A stretch of DNA of 64,000 nt, from NCBI RefSeq assembly GCF_030028105.1, contig NC_092383.1, positions 85,951,921-86,015,920 on the forward strand, given 5' to 3'. Below the pieces are notes generated by a model. The model was not told the DNA's origin and searched no databases. It saw nothing but the letters and a program-made list of their open reading frames with translations. The position numbers and the translations under genes were made by a program. Positions 24,277-37,330 of this stretch are shown here, piece by piece (positions within the stretch are counted from its first letter, which is position 1; every line of letters begins with the position of its first letter). This DNA is from Mobula birostris. Taxonomy: Eukaryota.

Positions 24277-25823
24277 CTGAGGGAGAAGCTCTTAAGAAAA
24301 TGGATACGTAAGGCCAAATTTCATCAAGCAGATTCAAGATTGTTTAATGTCATTTCCACTACACAAATGTAAGGGAGATCAAAATTATTGTTACTCTGGA
24401 TTTGATGCAGCACAGAAAAAGCACAAACCATCAAGAATGCAACAATAATAAAAAAAGTTGTTTTACTTAAAGCTGTTGCTGTGATCTAAGGAATTTGCCA
24501 CACTGTCAACTGGTATAATTAAATTCCACATAGACTGAGAATATAGCAGCATCATCCCTCATCTCGTGCTCACAGCTCTTCACAAGAAATGATTTTTATT
24601 TCATTAGGGTCATCATTTTCACTGCCCACTAATGTCTCCGTGTATTAGTATACCACTCAATCCCATTCTTCTGATTTTTTCCCATAATCTTTGATGCATT
24701 TACTAAACAAGGAAATATTGAGCTCCATTTTAAATATATCCAATGAATTCGCCCTTAAAGCCATATATGGTAATTAACTCCATAGATTCAATACCCTCTG
24801 GCTAAATAAATTCCTCCTCATCTCTCTTCAAATGTATGGAGTCTGTATGTTCTACATGTGGAATGCGTTGCGGTTCCCTGGGAGGTCCCGTTTCCTCCCA
24901 TAGTCCAACGACATACAGCATAGTTTAATTGGTCTTTGTAGATTGGCCTCTGATTGGGATATGGGTTAATCACGTTTGTCGAGGGTTGCTGGGCTGGTGT
25001 GGCTTGAACGGCCTGAAGGGCCTAATCTACACTCTATCGATCAATTAATAAAATAAAGGGATGTCCTTGCATAGTGAGGCTGATTTGTCAGGCAAGATTT
25101 CCCCAGATGGAAACCCTATTTTATCATATGCCTCCAAGTATCCCAAACTTTGTTCTTAATAATGGACTCCATCATCTTCTCAACCACTGAAATCATGCTA
25201 ACTAGTCTATAATTTCCTTTCTTAAAGAGTGGAGTGACATTTCAAATTTTTCAGTCCTCTGGAACATTCCAGAGTCCAGCTAATCTTGAAAGATCACCAC
25301 GAGTGCCTGGACAATTTCTTTAGCTACATCTTTCAGAACCTTGGGTGTAGTCCATCTGGTCCCGGTTAGTTATCTACCTTCAGACCTCTCAGCTTCCTGA
25401 GCACCTTCTCCTTAGTAATAGCAACCACACTCACCCCTGCCCCCTGACATTGCAAATTTCTGTCATTCCCACCAATATTTGAAATACTTTATGTCCTTCC
25501 TTTTCTTTTTATGACAGTGTCACTGTCTCATGACTCAACACACATTCCAGCCTTTTCAAAACAGAAGCCTGAAGTATGAATGGAATGCTCTGAATTTGTC
25601 CGGAGGTGCAAGTCCAACTATGTTTGAGATGCTCCACATCTTCCTGGAGGAAGTAACAGACTTAACTGTTCACTATACTTTATTTCTACCCCATGGTGGT
25701 TTCAATGTGTAACTTCTACAAATGCAAAGAAATTCTTTACCCTCACTAGAAGTATAAGAGCAGCAGTAACAGAATAACGTAAAGAAATATTTAAATGTAT
25801 CCTCCCTTGAAATTAGAACTTAC

Positions 25824-26143
25824 TGGTGCCATGGATTTCTGTCACATTACTGCAGATCTCTCCATTGTTGAAGACTGTCACATTAACCATTGCACTGGAT
25901 CTTGCTGATCCAGATTCGAGGCACTGCAGTAATATTGATGGTGCTGCTGGTTGAAGGATTGTCAATGTAGAGCCAGTTTATTAGTATCTGAGATCTCTGG
26001 ATGCCCAGATGAGGTTTGTTCATACCACGTGTACTGAATGGGAAGGGATCCCTGGAGAGACTCACAGGAAACTGACACTGAGCCCCCGAGATGAGAGATA
26101 TTTGCTGTTGACAGATATCGAAGTACAGGAACAGACACAGGTT
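25824..26143 (-). pseudogene. Unit B first C2-type Ig exon, nonsense codon plus 1-nt deletion
   Basis: 320 nt versus 321 in gene A. TGT(Cys) is TGA at 25962-25964 and there is a 1-nt deletion near 25910; splice sites are intact. Confidence 0.9.
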
Positions 26144-26960
26144 CTGTGGGAAAGAAATGAACAAACAGACACTGAATGAACATCTGAAAATCTTGCACTC
26201 TTCTGGCACTTCATTAGGTATGCCTGTTCACTTGCCTGTTAATGCAAATATCTAATTCATCAATCATGTGACCACAACTCTGCCCATAAAAGCATGCAGA
26301 CATAGTCAAGGGGTTCAGTTGTTGTTCAGGCCAAACATTAGAATGAGGAAGAAATGTGATCTAAGTGACTTTGACCATGAAAGAATTGTAGGTGCAAGAG
26401 GGTTCTTTATTGAGTATCTCAGAAACTACTGATATCCTGGGATTTTCACACACAACTGTCTCTAAAGTTTACAGAGAACGGTACAAATAACATGAAAAAA
26501 ATCCAGTGAGCAGCAATTATGTGTAGAAAAGTGCTTTGTTAATGAGAGATGTGAGTGGAGAATGGCCAGACAGGTTCAAGCTGGCAAAATGGTGATAGCA
26601 ATTCAAACAACCACACGTTACGACAGCGGTATGTGGATGAGCATCTAAAAGTACAACACATCGATCACAGAAGAAGAAGACCACGAACATACACACAGTG
26701 GTCACTTTATTATGTACAGGAGGTGTCTAATAAAGTGACCCGTGGTTGTTGAAAGGCAGCAACTTGTGAGATATCTGTCACATGTTTGGAGGCTTTCAGG
26801 AGAGAATGAAATTTTGACTGGGTTCAGTGACCTGCTGTATAGAGGGAAACATTTGGCACTGATATTAATGCAGAGATAGTGAGGGATGGACAGGGTGACA
26901 ACAAAGATCATGAGACACTTACTTTATGTTTGGCACAAAGTTAATCCCTGAGAAACCTAC

Positions 26961-27281
26961 CATCAGATACTTGTAAATATACATTAAACATCGGATCGTG
27001 ACCTGTTGATTCAATACCACAGCTGTACCATCCTGTATCTCCAGAGTGAAGATCCTTCATAGTAACAGTAAATATTCTCTGTTTTGGGTTATCTGTGATT
27101 GACAATCGTCCACTCCGTCTGTGTTGCCCATTTGTTTCCACTAAAACTGAACATTGATGAGTCCATCCATGGCACCAATACTTTGTGTGTGAGCGGTACT
27201 TTGCTTCATAGTGACAATCGATTGTGATCGCTCTTCCCACAACTCCTGTTACATTTTTCTCCGCCCACAATTCACTTGAAA
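26961..27281 (-). CDS. Unit B first V-type Ig exon (open), paralog of 6294-6614
   Basis: Acceptor cttccctcag|TT at 27281 and donor GATG|gtaggt at 26961; 321 nt, open. WCHGWTHQCSVLVETNGQH is identical to the gene A V exon. Confidence 0.92.
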
Positions 27282-28230
27282 CTGAGGGAAGCACTTTCAG
27301 ATTTCCGGGGAAAGGAACAACTTATTGCAAACAAATGACTTTGAATATGACGTTAAAAACAGGTCCAGGTCACATCCGGCACGTGGTCCATGACACCACA
27401 GCCAATGATTTTGGTCTGAGGTGCAGTCAGTGCTGTTACTGTGTCAGCTGTGTCAGTGCTCTCTCCCCTGTGTCAGTACATTGTGGGTTCACTTCCCACT
27501 CCAGAGTCCTGAGCAGAAACCCAGGGCTGACCTTCCAGTGCAGTACTGGGGGAATGTGGCATCTACAACTCTCAGTTACCTCTGACTATATCAGCCTTTG
27601 TAATGTCCACAAAGTCCCAGCTTTTTTCATTTGGTGTGTGTGTGTGTGTCTTGGGTTCCATGAAATTCTCCGGATGAGACAAGATTGGTAGGATGATTTG
27701 AAAACATATTTCAGTTCCCTCAAAAAGGCCAAAGTCCTGAAATCCTCCTCACTTTCAGACAAGTTTATAAGCTGCAGAAAGAAACCCCTCATGATGTCTG
27801 AAACAGTGCCCTCTGGTTCTGATGGAAATTTTATATCTTGTACCTGTCAAGTATTTCTATGTGCAGTTAGAAGGTGCTGCAACACCTCCAAACCCCACCT
27901 CTTTTTCTCCCCATTCCATTTGCCTGTTGTGCTTCACCCCTCCTCAGTCCCTGAACACCTAGTGGACCCAGTCTCACACCTCCCCCTCTCCTATATACAC
28001 TATCTCCCTCTCCACTCACACTTGATGCAGGGTCTTGACCCAAACAGTTGACATTCCCCCTCACTCTGACAGAAGCTGCTTGACCCACTGGGTTTCTCCA
28101 GGAGTGTACTCTGAACTCCAGTTTCCGACATCTTTAGTGTTGACAGGTATTGAAGCACTGTTGTGGAAACTGTGTACGACCCCTAAACGAACACTGATTA
28201 AGTGAATATCCGGAGTTGTCTGTCACTCCC

Positions 28231-28270
28231 CGGATAGGAAACCAAACAGAAGAATCCAAATCCACAGCAT
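28231..28270 (-). pseudogene. Unit B leader exon MLWIWILLFGFLS with mutated splice donor
   Basis: ATG at 28270, 40 nt like the other leaders, but followed by GGGAGT instead of GTGAGT. Confidence 0.82.
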
Positions 28271-28683
28271 TTTATTCACAGAGACTCAGCCAAGACCTGT
28301 CTGTCCTCAAAGAGAAATGACTGAAATAAAAATAAGGAAGAAGGCAGCAGGGAGTTTCATCAAAAAAAACACAGTGATACAACAGGTGTGTGGCATGTGA
28401 CAATCTGAAAAACTTCTAGTTACATTAGCAAGTCATGAACATTTAAGCAATTACCAATGACTGTATGAAATGCTGAGAAGTGTTAAAGTATTAGACAAAA
28501 GCAACAATGTTCTAATCTGATGTAAAAATAAACATTTGGGGGTGCGCTGACACAGTGTATTAATCTGAAATATAAACCACTCTGTCTCCACAGATCCCAC
28601 CTAATTCCCAAAGTTCATCCAGAAGCTTTATTTTGTGTTTGGTTTAAAATGTTAGCCATGGTGAGTCATTGGGAAAAAGTTAA

Positions 28684-29066
28684 TGGCCGCGGGATCCTTG
28701 AGGCTGGGTTTCTTGGAGCTTGGCCGCGGGATCCTCGAGGCTGGGGTACTTGGAGCTTGGCCGCGGGATCCTCGAGGCTGGGGTTCTTGGAGCTTGGCCG
28801 CGGGATCCTCGAGGCTGGGGTTCTTGGAGCTTGGCCGCGGGATCCTCGAGGCTTGGGTTCTTGGAGCTTGGCTGCGGGATCCTCGAGGCTGGGATTCTTG
28901 GAGCTTGGCTGCGGGATCCTCGAGGCTGGGGTTCTTGGAGCTTGGCCATGGGATTATCGAGGCTGGGGTTCTTGGAGCTTGGCTGTGGGATCCTTGAGGC
29001 TGGAGTTCTTGGGGCTTGGCTGCGGGATCCTCGAGGCTGGGGTTCTTGGAGCTTGGCTGCGGGATC
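28684..29066 (+). repeat. 37-bp GC-rich minisatellite, 10 full units plus a partial
   Basis: Unit TGGCCGCGGGATCCTCGAGGCTGGGGTTCTTGGAGCT repeats at 28684, 28721 ... 29054, with scattered substitutions. Confidence 0.95.
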
Positions 29067-29828
29067 TTTGTCTTGAAATGCGGAGGCTGATAACTCAGAG
29101 ACTGGAGCTGAGGGACAGACTGGGAACTAAACATCAACATGGAGCCAGGACTTATCCTTCAACAAGCCAGGACTCATCTTTAACACAACACTAACATGAG
29201 ACAGGACAGAACATAGACATAGAGCAGGGACTTATCCTACAACAAGTCGGGACTCAACTTCATCTCCACACCAAGGTGGGACAGGTAATGGCAGAACGGC
29301 GGGACTTACCCAACAGAGGCGAGGACAAAACAAGACAGATCCCCCCGCAGGACATCGGCAAAACAGCCTGACTCATCCCCACGGAGGCGAGGACAAGACA
29401 AGACAAGTCAGGACCCTCCGCAGGGCAATGGCAGAATTGTCTGACTAACCCCACAGAGGCGATGACAAGACAGATCCCCCCACAGGGCAACAGTCAAACG
29501 GCCCGGCTTACCCCATGGAGGCAAGGACAGGAAGAGACAAACACCAAAGAATGACAGACAGTTCCATATCTGCTTTGGGGTAGCTCCGGGTCTCAGTTCA
29601 GCCAGCAACCTCAGCTGGCTACAGAAACAGCCGGATCCCTACCTAGCTCAGAGTGGTTGCAGCAATTCAGCTGACCCGGGAAACAGTGGAATCCGTACCG
29701 CAAAGACTAGTCCATCTGGCAACAAGGCTCCATGAAGCAGTGGTCCTCCAACCAGGCCTAGAGATCACAAATGGTTTCACTAGCCTTCCATCAGCAGGTT
29801 GCTCCAAGGGGGACTGACGAGACAAACC
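28684..29828. mobile_element. Truncated copy of the minisatellite-bearing LTR-like element, inverted relative to 41073-43095
   Basis: 29100-29828 matches the reverse complement of about 41240-41950. Confidence 0.8.
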
Positions 29829-30084
29829 AGCATGAAGTCTGAGGGAGCTTCAGTACAAGGGGTAATGATTCTTATGTGTCACACATATTGGAGAAGTAAT
29901 AGAGAATCAGAAACAGATTCAGGTTTTATCACCGACATAGTGTATGTTTTGAAATTTGCTATAACAGTCCTAACGGGAATATTCAATGATTACCATTGGA
30001 GCTGGACACAGAGTCACCACTTATCGGCGCCATCTTGAATTTCAACTGAGCAATATTAATTGTTTCACCTTAATTTCATTGTAA

Positions 30085-30530
30085 ACAGAAGAAGGTCTGC
30101 AGACGCAGGAAGTCCAAAGCAACACATGGGAAATGCTGGAGGGAATTCAGAAGGTCAGGCAGAATCTGTGGAATTGAATAAATAGTTGACATTTCGGGCC
30201 GAGACTCCTCTTCAGGTCTGAGAAAGATATGGGAAACTCTCTGAATAAAAAGATGAGGGCGGGTAAGGAGGCTATCTGGAAGGTGACCGGTGAAGCCAGG
30301 TGGGTGGGAAAGGTTGTAAAGGCTGTCAAAGAAGGAATCTGATAGGAGAGTAGAGTGGACCATAGCAGAAAGGGAAGGAGGAGCAGACCCGGGGGGAGGT
30401 AACAGGCAGGTGAGAAGAGGTAAATGAAAAGCCTTGGCCCGAAACCTCAACCATCTGTTTCTTTCCTTAGTTTCCACCCGGCCTGCTAAGTTCCTCCAGC
30501 ATTTTTTGTGTGATGCTTTTGATTTCATGT
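30085..30530. mobile_element. Abundant short interspersed repeat (SINE or Penelope-derived), with relatives at about 20310-20490, 36420-36590, 47430-47720 and 50530-50815
   Basis: Shared motifs aaatgctggaggaactcagc..aggcagcatc and ttcctccagcattttg. Class uncertain. Confidence 0.55.
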
Positions 30531-33132
30531 CATGTGAGGAGATCCAAGAATGCAGCTCATTTGTATTTTCCTGATATTTTGTTGCTGACTTTGCAAATGT
30601 TTATAAACACTTAATCACACATTGTATACAAATAGATAAATGACAAAATAATTCAGTATACAGGGAGAGCTTTTGTAATTTTGGGTTTGTTACATTTGTT
30701 TTAGGGGAAACAGTGCAGCATATTAGCTGTGAATATATATCTGCATAAATTCTGTACCTTCTATAGTATGAGTGCTGACTCTATTGTATCAGTCACGGCT
30801 GTCATCTGTGTAATGTTCACCCTTAGCAAAGGATGTGGTCAGAACTTCTGTTTTTTTTACTTGTCTTACCAAATAGACTATAGAGAAGTACCGATGGTTG
30901 CTAAACATCGACAAGTTGTTCTGGTCTCTTCCTGCATTACCCCATCACTTCTTAGAAAATGTCTCAACAACCATGGGTCAATATGCTGATGAGAACAAGT
31001 GCAGAGACACAAAACATCTTCAGCAAAGCATTTTTGTTTCAGCAACTAGATCACTGAACAACAATAACAATTTGGTGAAGAAAAGTCAAAAAGCCATTTA
31101 GCCATTGTGTTTAAACCTAATCCCAATCCTGTGCACACCTGTAAATACAACGGTGAGATTGTAAAACATTTTCCTTTCTGTTGTTGAGAAGTCATATAAA
31201 AACTGCAGCTTGATAAGTTATTGATCAGACTGCACGTGGAATATGGTGAACCATCTTGGGACCGTTATCTTAGAAAGGATGCGCTGTAAATGTAGAGTGT
31301 CCAGAGGAGGTTTCTGAGAATGATCCCAGTAATGAAAGGGTTAATGTATGAGGAACGGTTTGTACTTGCTGGAGTTTAGAAGAATGGGGGCGAGGCGGTG
31401 GTTCTCATTGTAACATCTTGAATAGTGAATGGCCTGAAACCTGGATGGAGTGATGTGGAGAGGATATTTCCCTGACCAGAAAGTGCTGATTCCGTGGAAT
31501 TCATTTTCACAGACAACTGTGGAGGACAAGTCCTTGGATATATGTAAAGTAGAGGCTGATAGGTTTTTGATTAGTTAGAATGTCAAAAATTACGGAAAGA
31601 ATGTGGTTGAGGGGACGAATAAATGAGCCATTATAGAATGGTGGTACAGACTCAGTGGGCTGAATGGCCTTCTTCTGCTCCTATGTGTCTTATGGTCTGA
31701 AGTGATTGGGCAATGCAGGAAGAGGATGGAACAGTTTGTTTACGTGAGGTACTTCCCTTTAAACTGTGCAGATTAGCAGTCAGTCTTAGTGTGTAGTTTT
31801 TCAGCTTTGGTCAGGTGCATGATCACTGATCTTTCGTAACACATTTTGTAGAAATGGAGTGAGAAGAATACACAGCATGAAAAATTTCCTGTCACTGTAT
31901 ATGTAGAGCTACGAGGACTTGATGTTTCAATCCCTATGGTAAGTTGGCAATCTCGATGTTGGCAGTGGGCTTGGAGTGGTGACAAGGAGGGAGGGTAGGA
32001 ACATCATCAGGGTCATCAGGTGGGCACCCTCCTTCTTTGTGGTTTCGTTGATAAGCCCACAACGTCTCCAGAGGGCACAATGGTGCTACCTGGCGTCCCA
32101 GATACACGCCCCTCAGTTCCATACCCTCCTGTCTTCATCTTGCAGCCCAGTTGTTGTCTTTCCTTTTAATCCAAATCCAATTGCTGCTTTCTTCTGCTGC
32201 ATTTGATAAGGACTTGATTGCTTGTTGGAGGGAGTGACCCCTCACCTCCATCTTCTTCAATAAACTGGCTGTAGATGTATAAAGGCCTTAAGGAGAACGA
32301 GCAGGGGAAATAAAAGTTGGGTGCTGTATAAAATGAGTGAGCATTGATCGTCAGGGCATGAATCTGCAAATAGAAGGAGTAACTTTTCTCAGTACTGATC
32401 TGTGACTGTGACCCATGAGCGTACAATAAAGCATCTTATAAATGAGAGAAGGTGAACTGCATTATTACGGTGGCACATATGCACTTTGATAAGTTTAATT
32501 TGAATTTTGAACTTTGAAATACTCCACTGACAATGAGGAATATCGCTTAATATCCTCCACCAGAGATGTGAGATTGTGAAGCAGTAACACCAGAGTCTGT
32601 TTGGAGCTATTGACCTCTTCAGCTCAGAGTTATTTGTTGGGTTTTGATTAGCTGTAGAATAATTCCAGATGCAGTGGTCCCACTTGTGAAACCTGAGCTC
32701 ATTTATAGACTGAGGTTAAAGAACTTGTTTTAGTTGTTTTCTGCTGCAAATCAACAAATTTAACATCAGAAAACAGTGAAAATAAATCTGATTTTGATTT
32801 TGAAAGAGAATGTTTTCCTGACCCAGCACAACCCAAAGCAATTCTCAAAGGATATGGTTAGAACTTCTGTCCTCCTTACTGGTCTTACAAGGCAGGATAA
32901 CGGGAAGTACCAGTGGATGCCTCACATAAACAAACTGCTCCACTCTCTTCCTGTATTGCCTAATCACGTCAGCACATAAGACGATGAGGCATTGGGGCAG
33001 AAGAAGGCCATTCAGCCCATTGAGTCGGTTCCATTCAAAGCATCAGCTGCATATAAAACTGAGAAGAAAGAGTAATTCTGAAAATTTGAGAGAAGAAAAC
33101 TAGTTCTGTTATTTGTAGGAACATAGAACATA

Positions 33133-34724
33133 TGGTGCCTTTAAAAAGTATTGACCCCCATTGGAAGTTTTCTGTTTTATTGTCTTACAACATTGAATCA
33201 GAGTTGATTTAATTTGATTATTTTTGACACTGATCAACAGAAAAAAGACACTATTCTGTCAAAGTGAACAGAAATCTCTATAAAGTGATCTAAACTAATT
33301 ACAAGTACAAAACACAAAATAATTGATATTATAAGTATTCACCCCCTTGAATATCACACATCAAATCATCAATAGTGTAGCCAAATCGATTAGAAGTGAC
33401 ATAATTAGTTAAATAGAGATCTGTTTTAGGAGTCCCGTGTGCAGTCAAGATGTTTGAATTACACCTGTATCTGGAAGGTCCAACTGCTGGTGAGTCAGTC
33501 TCCTAGCAAAAACTACACCATAAAGACTAAAGAATGCTCCAAGCAACTCGATGAAAAGGTCAGAGATGGATACAATAAAAATTCCAAGTCTCAGAATATC
33601 CCTTGGAGTACAGTTAGGTCAATTATCTTGAAATGGAAAGAATAAGGCACAGCTGTAAACCTGCCTAGTGCAGGCCATCCTCAAAAACTAAGTACTGCAA
33701 CCGTGTCAGAATGGGACTAGTGAGGGTCCCACTGAGAGACTTATGACAGCCCTGGAGGAGTCAGAATCTTCAGCAGCAGAGATCGGAGAGATTGTACATG
33801 CAACAACTGTTGCCCGGGTACTTCACCAGTCAGTTTTATAGGAGAGTGGCAAAGAGAAAGCTCACGTGAAATCTTGGCTAGAGTTTGCCAGTAGGCATGC
33901 TGGAGATTCTGAAGACAGTTGCAAAAAGGTACTATGGTCTGATGAAAACAAATTGAGTTTTTGGTTATCAGACTGAACACTATGTTGATGCAAGCTAAAC
34001 AATGCACATAATCAAAACCACATAATCCCTACCGCGAAGCATGGTGGTGGCTGCATCATGCTGTGGGGATACTTCACTGCAGCAAAAACTGGAAGGCTGA
34101 TAAAGTAGAGGGTAAAATGAATGCAGCAAAACACAGGGAAATCCTGGAGGAAAACCTGATGCAGTCTGCAAGAGAACTGTGACTTAGGAGAAGATTTATT
34201 TTTCCAGCAAGACAATGACCCAAAGTATAAAGCCAAAGCTAGACAGGAATGGCTTAACAACAAGAAAGTTAATGCCCTGGAGTGGCCAAGTCAGAATCCA
34301 GACCTCAATTCAACCGAGAATTTGTAGCTGAACTTGAAAAGGGCTGTTTACTCATGATCCCCATGCACTCTGACAGAGCTTGAGCAGTTTTGGAAAGAAG
34401 AATAGGGAAAAATTGCAGTATCCAGATGTGCAAAGCAGATAGAGACCTATCCACAGAGACTCAAGGCTGTAATTGCTGCCAAAAGTGTATTACTAAATAC
34501 TAACTTGAGGGATAAATTCTTGTGCAATCAATTATTTTCTGTTTTATATTTATAATTAATTTAGATCATATTGTAGAGATCTGTTTTCACTTTGATATGA
34601 AAGATACTGTACTTTTTCTGTTTGTCAGTGTCACAAAAGCCAAATTAAATCCACTGTGATTTATGTTGGAAAATAATAAAACATGAAAACTTCCAAGGGG
34701 GGAAGAATACTTTTTATAGGACTG
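33133..34724 (+). mobile_element. Near full-length Tc1 transposon, transposase disrupted
   Basis: TA-flanked imperfect TIRs (..GTGCCTTTAAAAAGTATTGACCCCC / GAATACTTTTTATAGGACTG); IPWSTVRSIILKWKE, WSDE, KHGGGCIMLWG, FQQDNDPK remnants. Confidence 0.88.
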
Positions 34725-35229
34725 TATGTGTACTGTATGTGCCTATATAAGAGCCTCTAAACGTCTCTACCATCATGCCTGCAGTGTATCCAGGGACCCA
34801 CCACTCATTGTATATAAAAAAACCCTACCTCTTACATTTACCATAAACTTTCTTCCACTCACCTTAAATGGATGTGCTCTGGTGTTGGTCATTGTCACCA
34901 TGTGAAACAGGTGCTGGCTGTCCTCTCAATCTATGCCTTACACTCGACAATGCTTCAGGCGTGATTGAACCAGATTCAGTCCCCTCAACTAGTGAAGTCC
35001 AGCACAACATATACCTTCTGTAACACTTTTTTAATGTATGCAGAAACTTTGAGGACTGAACAGACTTGGACCACAATATCCCGCTGTATCTCCTCATTGT
35101 TAAGAATTCTGTCACTAACCTTGTAATCTGCCTTCAAGTTCTATCACACAAAGTAAATCACTTCACATTTTTCAGTGATAAAATCCACCTTCCACTTCTC
35201 CACCCAGCACTGCATCCTGTCGAGCTCCT

Positions 35230-36226
35230 CTTGTAACTGGGGCACTCCTCTTGTAAGCAGCACTGGGGCTCCACAGGGGACTGTCTTGTCTCCCTTTCTC
35301 TTCACCACTTACACCTCGGACTTCAACTACTGCACAGAGTCTTGTCATCTTCAGAAGTTTTCTGATGACTCTGCCATAGTTGGATGCATCAGCAAGGGAG
35401 ATGAGGCTGAGAAAAGGGCTATGGTAAGAAACTTCGTCACATGGTGTGAGCAGGATTATCTGCAGCTTAATGTGAAAAAGACTAAGGAGCTGGTGGTGGA
35501 CCTGAGGAGGGCTAAGGCACTGGTGATCCCTGTTTCCATCCAGGGAGTCAGTGTGGACATGGTGGAGGATTACAAATACCTGGGGATACGAATTGACAAT
35601 AAACTGGACTGGTCAAAGAACACTGAGGCTGATTACAAGAAGGGTCAGAGCCATGTCTATTTCCTGAGGAGACTGTCTTTTAACATCTGTTGGACGATGA
35701 TGAGGATGTTCTACTAGTCTGTGGTGGCCAGTGCGATCATGTTTGCTGTTGTATGCTGGGGCAGCAGGCTGAGGGTGACAGCCACCAACAGAATCAACAA
35801 ACTCATTCGTAAGGCCAGTGATGTTGTGGGGATGGAACCGGACTCTCTCACGGTGGTGTCTGAAAAGAGGATGCTGTCCAAGTTGCATGCCATCTTGGAC
35901 AATGTCTCCCATCCACTAAATAATGTACTGGTTGGGCACAGGAATACATTCAGCCAGAGACTCATTCTACCGAGATGCAACACTGAGTGTCATAGGAAGT
36001 CATTCCTGCCTGTGGCCATCAAACTTTACAACTCCTCCCTTGGAGGGTCAGACACCCTGAGCCAATAAGCTGGTCCTAGATTTATCTCCATCTGGCACAA
36101 TTTATATATTATTTAATTATTTATGGTTTTAAATTGCTATATTTATACTCTATTCTTGGTTGGTGCAACTGTAACGAAACCCAATTTCTCTTGGGATCAA
36201 TAAAGTATGTCTATGACTATGACTAA
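35230..36226 (+). mobile_element. Rex1/Babar LINE 3' portion inserted in a minus-strand CR1 remnant
   Basis: STGAPQGTVLSPFLF, KFSDDSA, KSFLPVAIKLYN; tail aataaagtatgtctatgactatgacta. Confidence 0.85.
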
Positions 36227-36589
36227 CTTACACCAGCCTTCTGTATTATCCAAGACACCGACAATCTTCGTGTCATCTGTAAAGATATGTATATATGTTG
36301 GACTTCTGAATTAAAGAACATTACAGAGGCTTGTTCATATGTAGAAGTGTCCATAAATCAGGAGTACTTAACCTGGACTGTATCGCCTTTTATCTTACAC
36401 ATCATTCTTCTGACCAGATCTTCTTTCTACGCTGATAGTCTTCAACATTAATCCAGATCTGAGGAGGGGTCCCTGACCTGAAACTGGGTTCAATGCAGGG
36501 TCTCGGCCAGAAACATCCACTGCTTATCTCTTTCCATAGATGCTGCCTGATCTGTTGAGTTCCTCCAGCACTCGTGTGTGTTCAATCAG

Positions 36590-37330
36590 CATGTAGCAGG
36601 AAGATTGAAAATCTGCTGAATGGTGTCAGAACAACTACCTCCCACTCAACATCAGCAAAACCAAAGCGCTGATTATTGATTACAAGAGGAGTTATCTGAA
36701 GGTCCATGAGCCAGTCCTCATCAGGAGATCAGAGATGGAAAGAGTCAGTAACCTTATATTCCTTGATATTAACATTTTAGAGATCTGTCCTGGGCCCCTC
36801 ATGTATCTGCCATGACAAAGAAAGCATGGCAGTGCATTATTTACTTAAAAGTTTGCGAAGATCAAACTGTCATCTAAAACTTTGACAAAGTTCGATATAT
36901 CCACAGTGGAGAGTATTCTTACAGGTTGCATCATGGCATGGTATGAAAACACTAATGCCCTTAAATGGAAAAACCTACAAAGGTACTGGATAAAGCCCAG
37001 TCAATCACAGATAAACCCCTCCTCACTGTGGAACACATTGTTACACTAAAAACAGCATCCGTCACCAATTAGGCCATGCTCTCTTCTTCCTGTTGCTGTC
37101 AGAAGCAAGTACAGGAGCCTCATGTCCCACACCAGCAGGTTCAGGAACAGATATTATCCTCTAACAATCGGGCTCTTGAAGCAGAGTGAATAATTTCACC
37201 TATTACTAATCTGATTCCACAACTTCTGTACTCACTATCAAAGACTCTACAACTCATGTTCTCAAATGTTATTTTGTACTCATTTATGTATTACTATTAT
37301 TATTATTATTATTTTTATTTTGTTTTTCTT
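36590..37330 (+). mobile_element. Degraded Rex1-like LINE 3' portion
   Basis: LNISKTKALIIDY and ESILTGCIMAWY remnants; AT-rich tail. Confidence 0.65.

Noticed and set aside
6294-27281. Rearranging antigen-receptor (Ig, TCR or IgNAR) V segments
   Set aside because: Each V exon encodes the whole domain through the G strand and ends in a splice donor; I saw no RSS heptamer/nonamer next to them, and the WCx6C motif is CD300/pIgR-type.
28684-29066. Polylinker-like run of SacII, BamHI and XhoI sites suggesting vector contamination
   Set aside because: It is a diverged tandem repeat embedded in a genomic LTR-like element with a second natural copy at 41957-42758.
32776-32979. Plus-strand ORF with Ig-like VLLTGLTRQDNGKYQW motif
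   Set aside because: It lacks the F-strand Cys and the rest of the domain, and other copies of the same repeat have stops in this frame. Kept only as an unclassified repeat.
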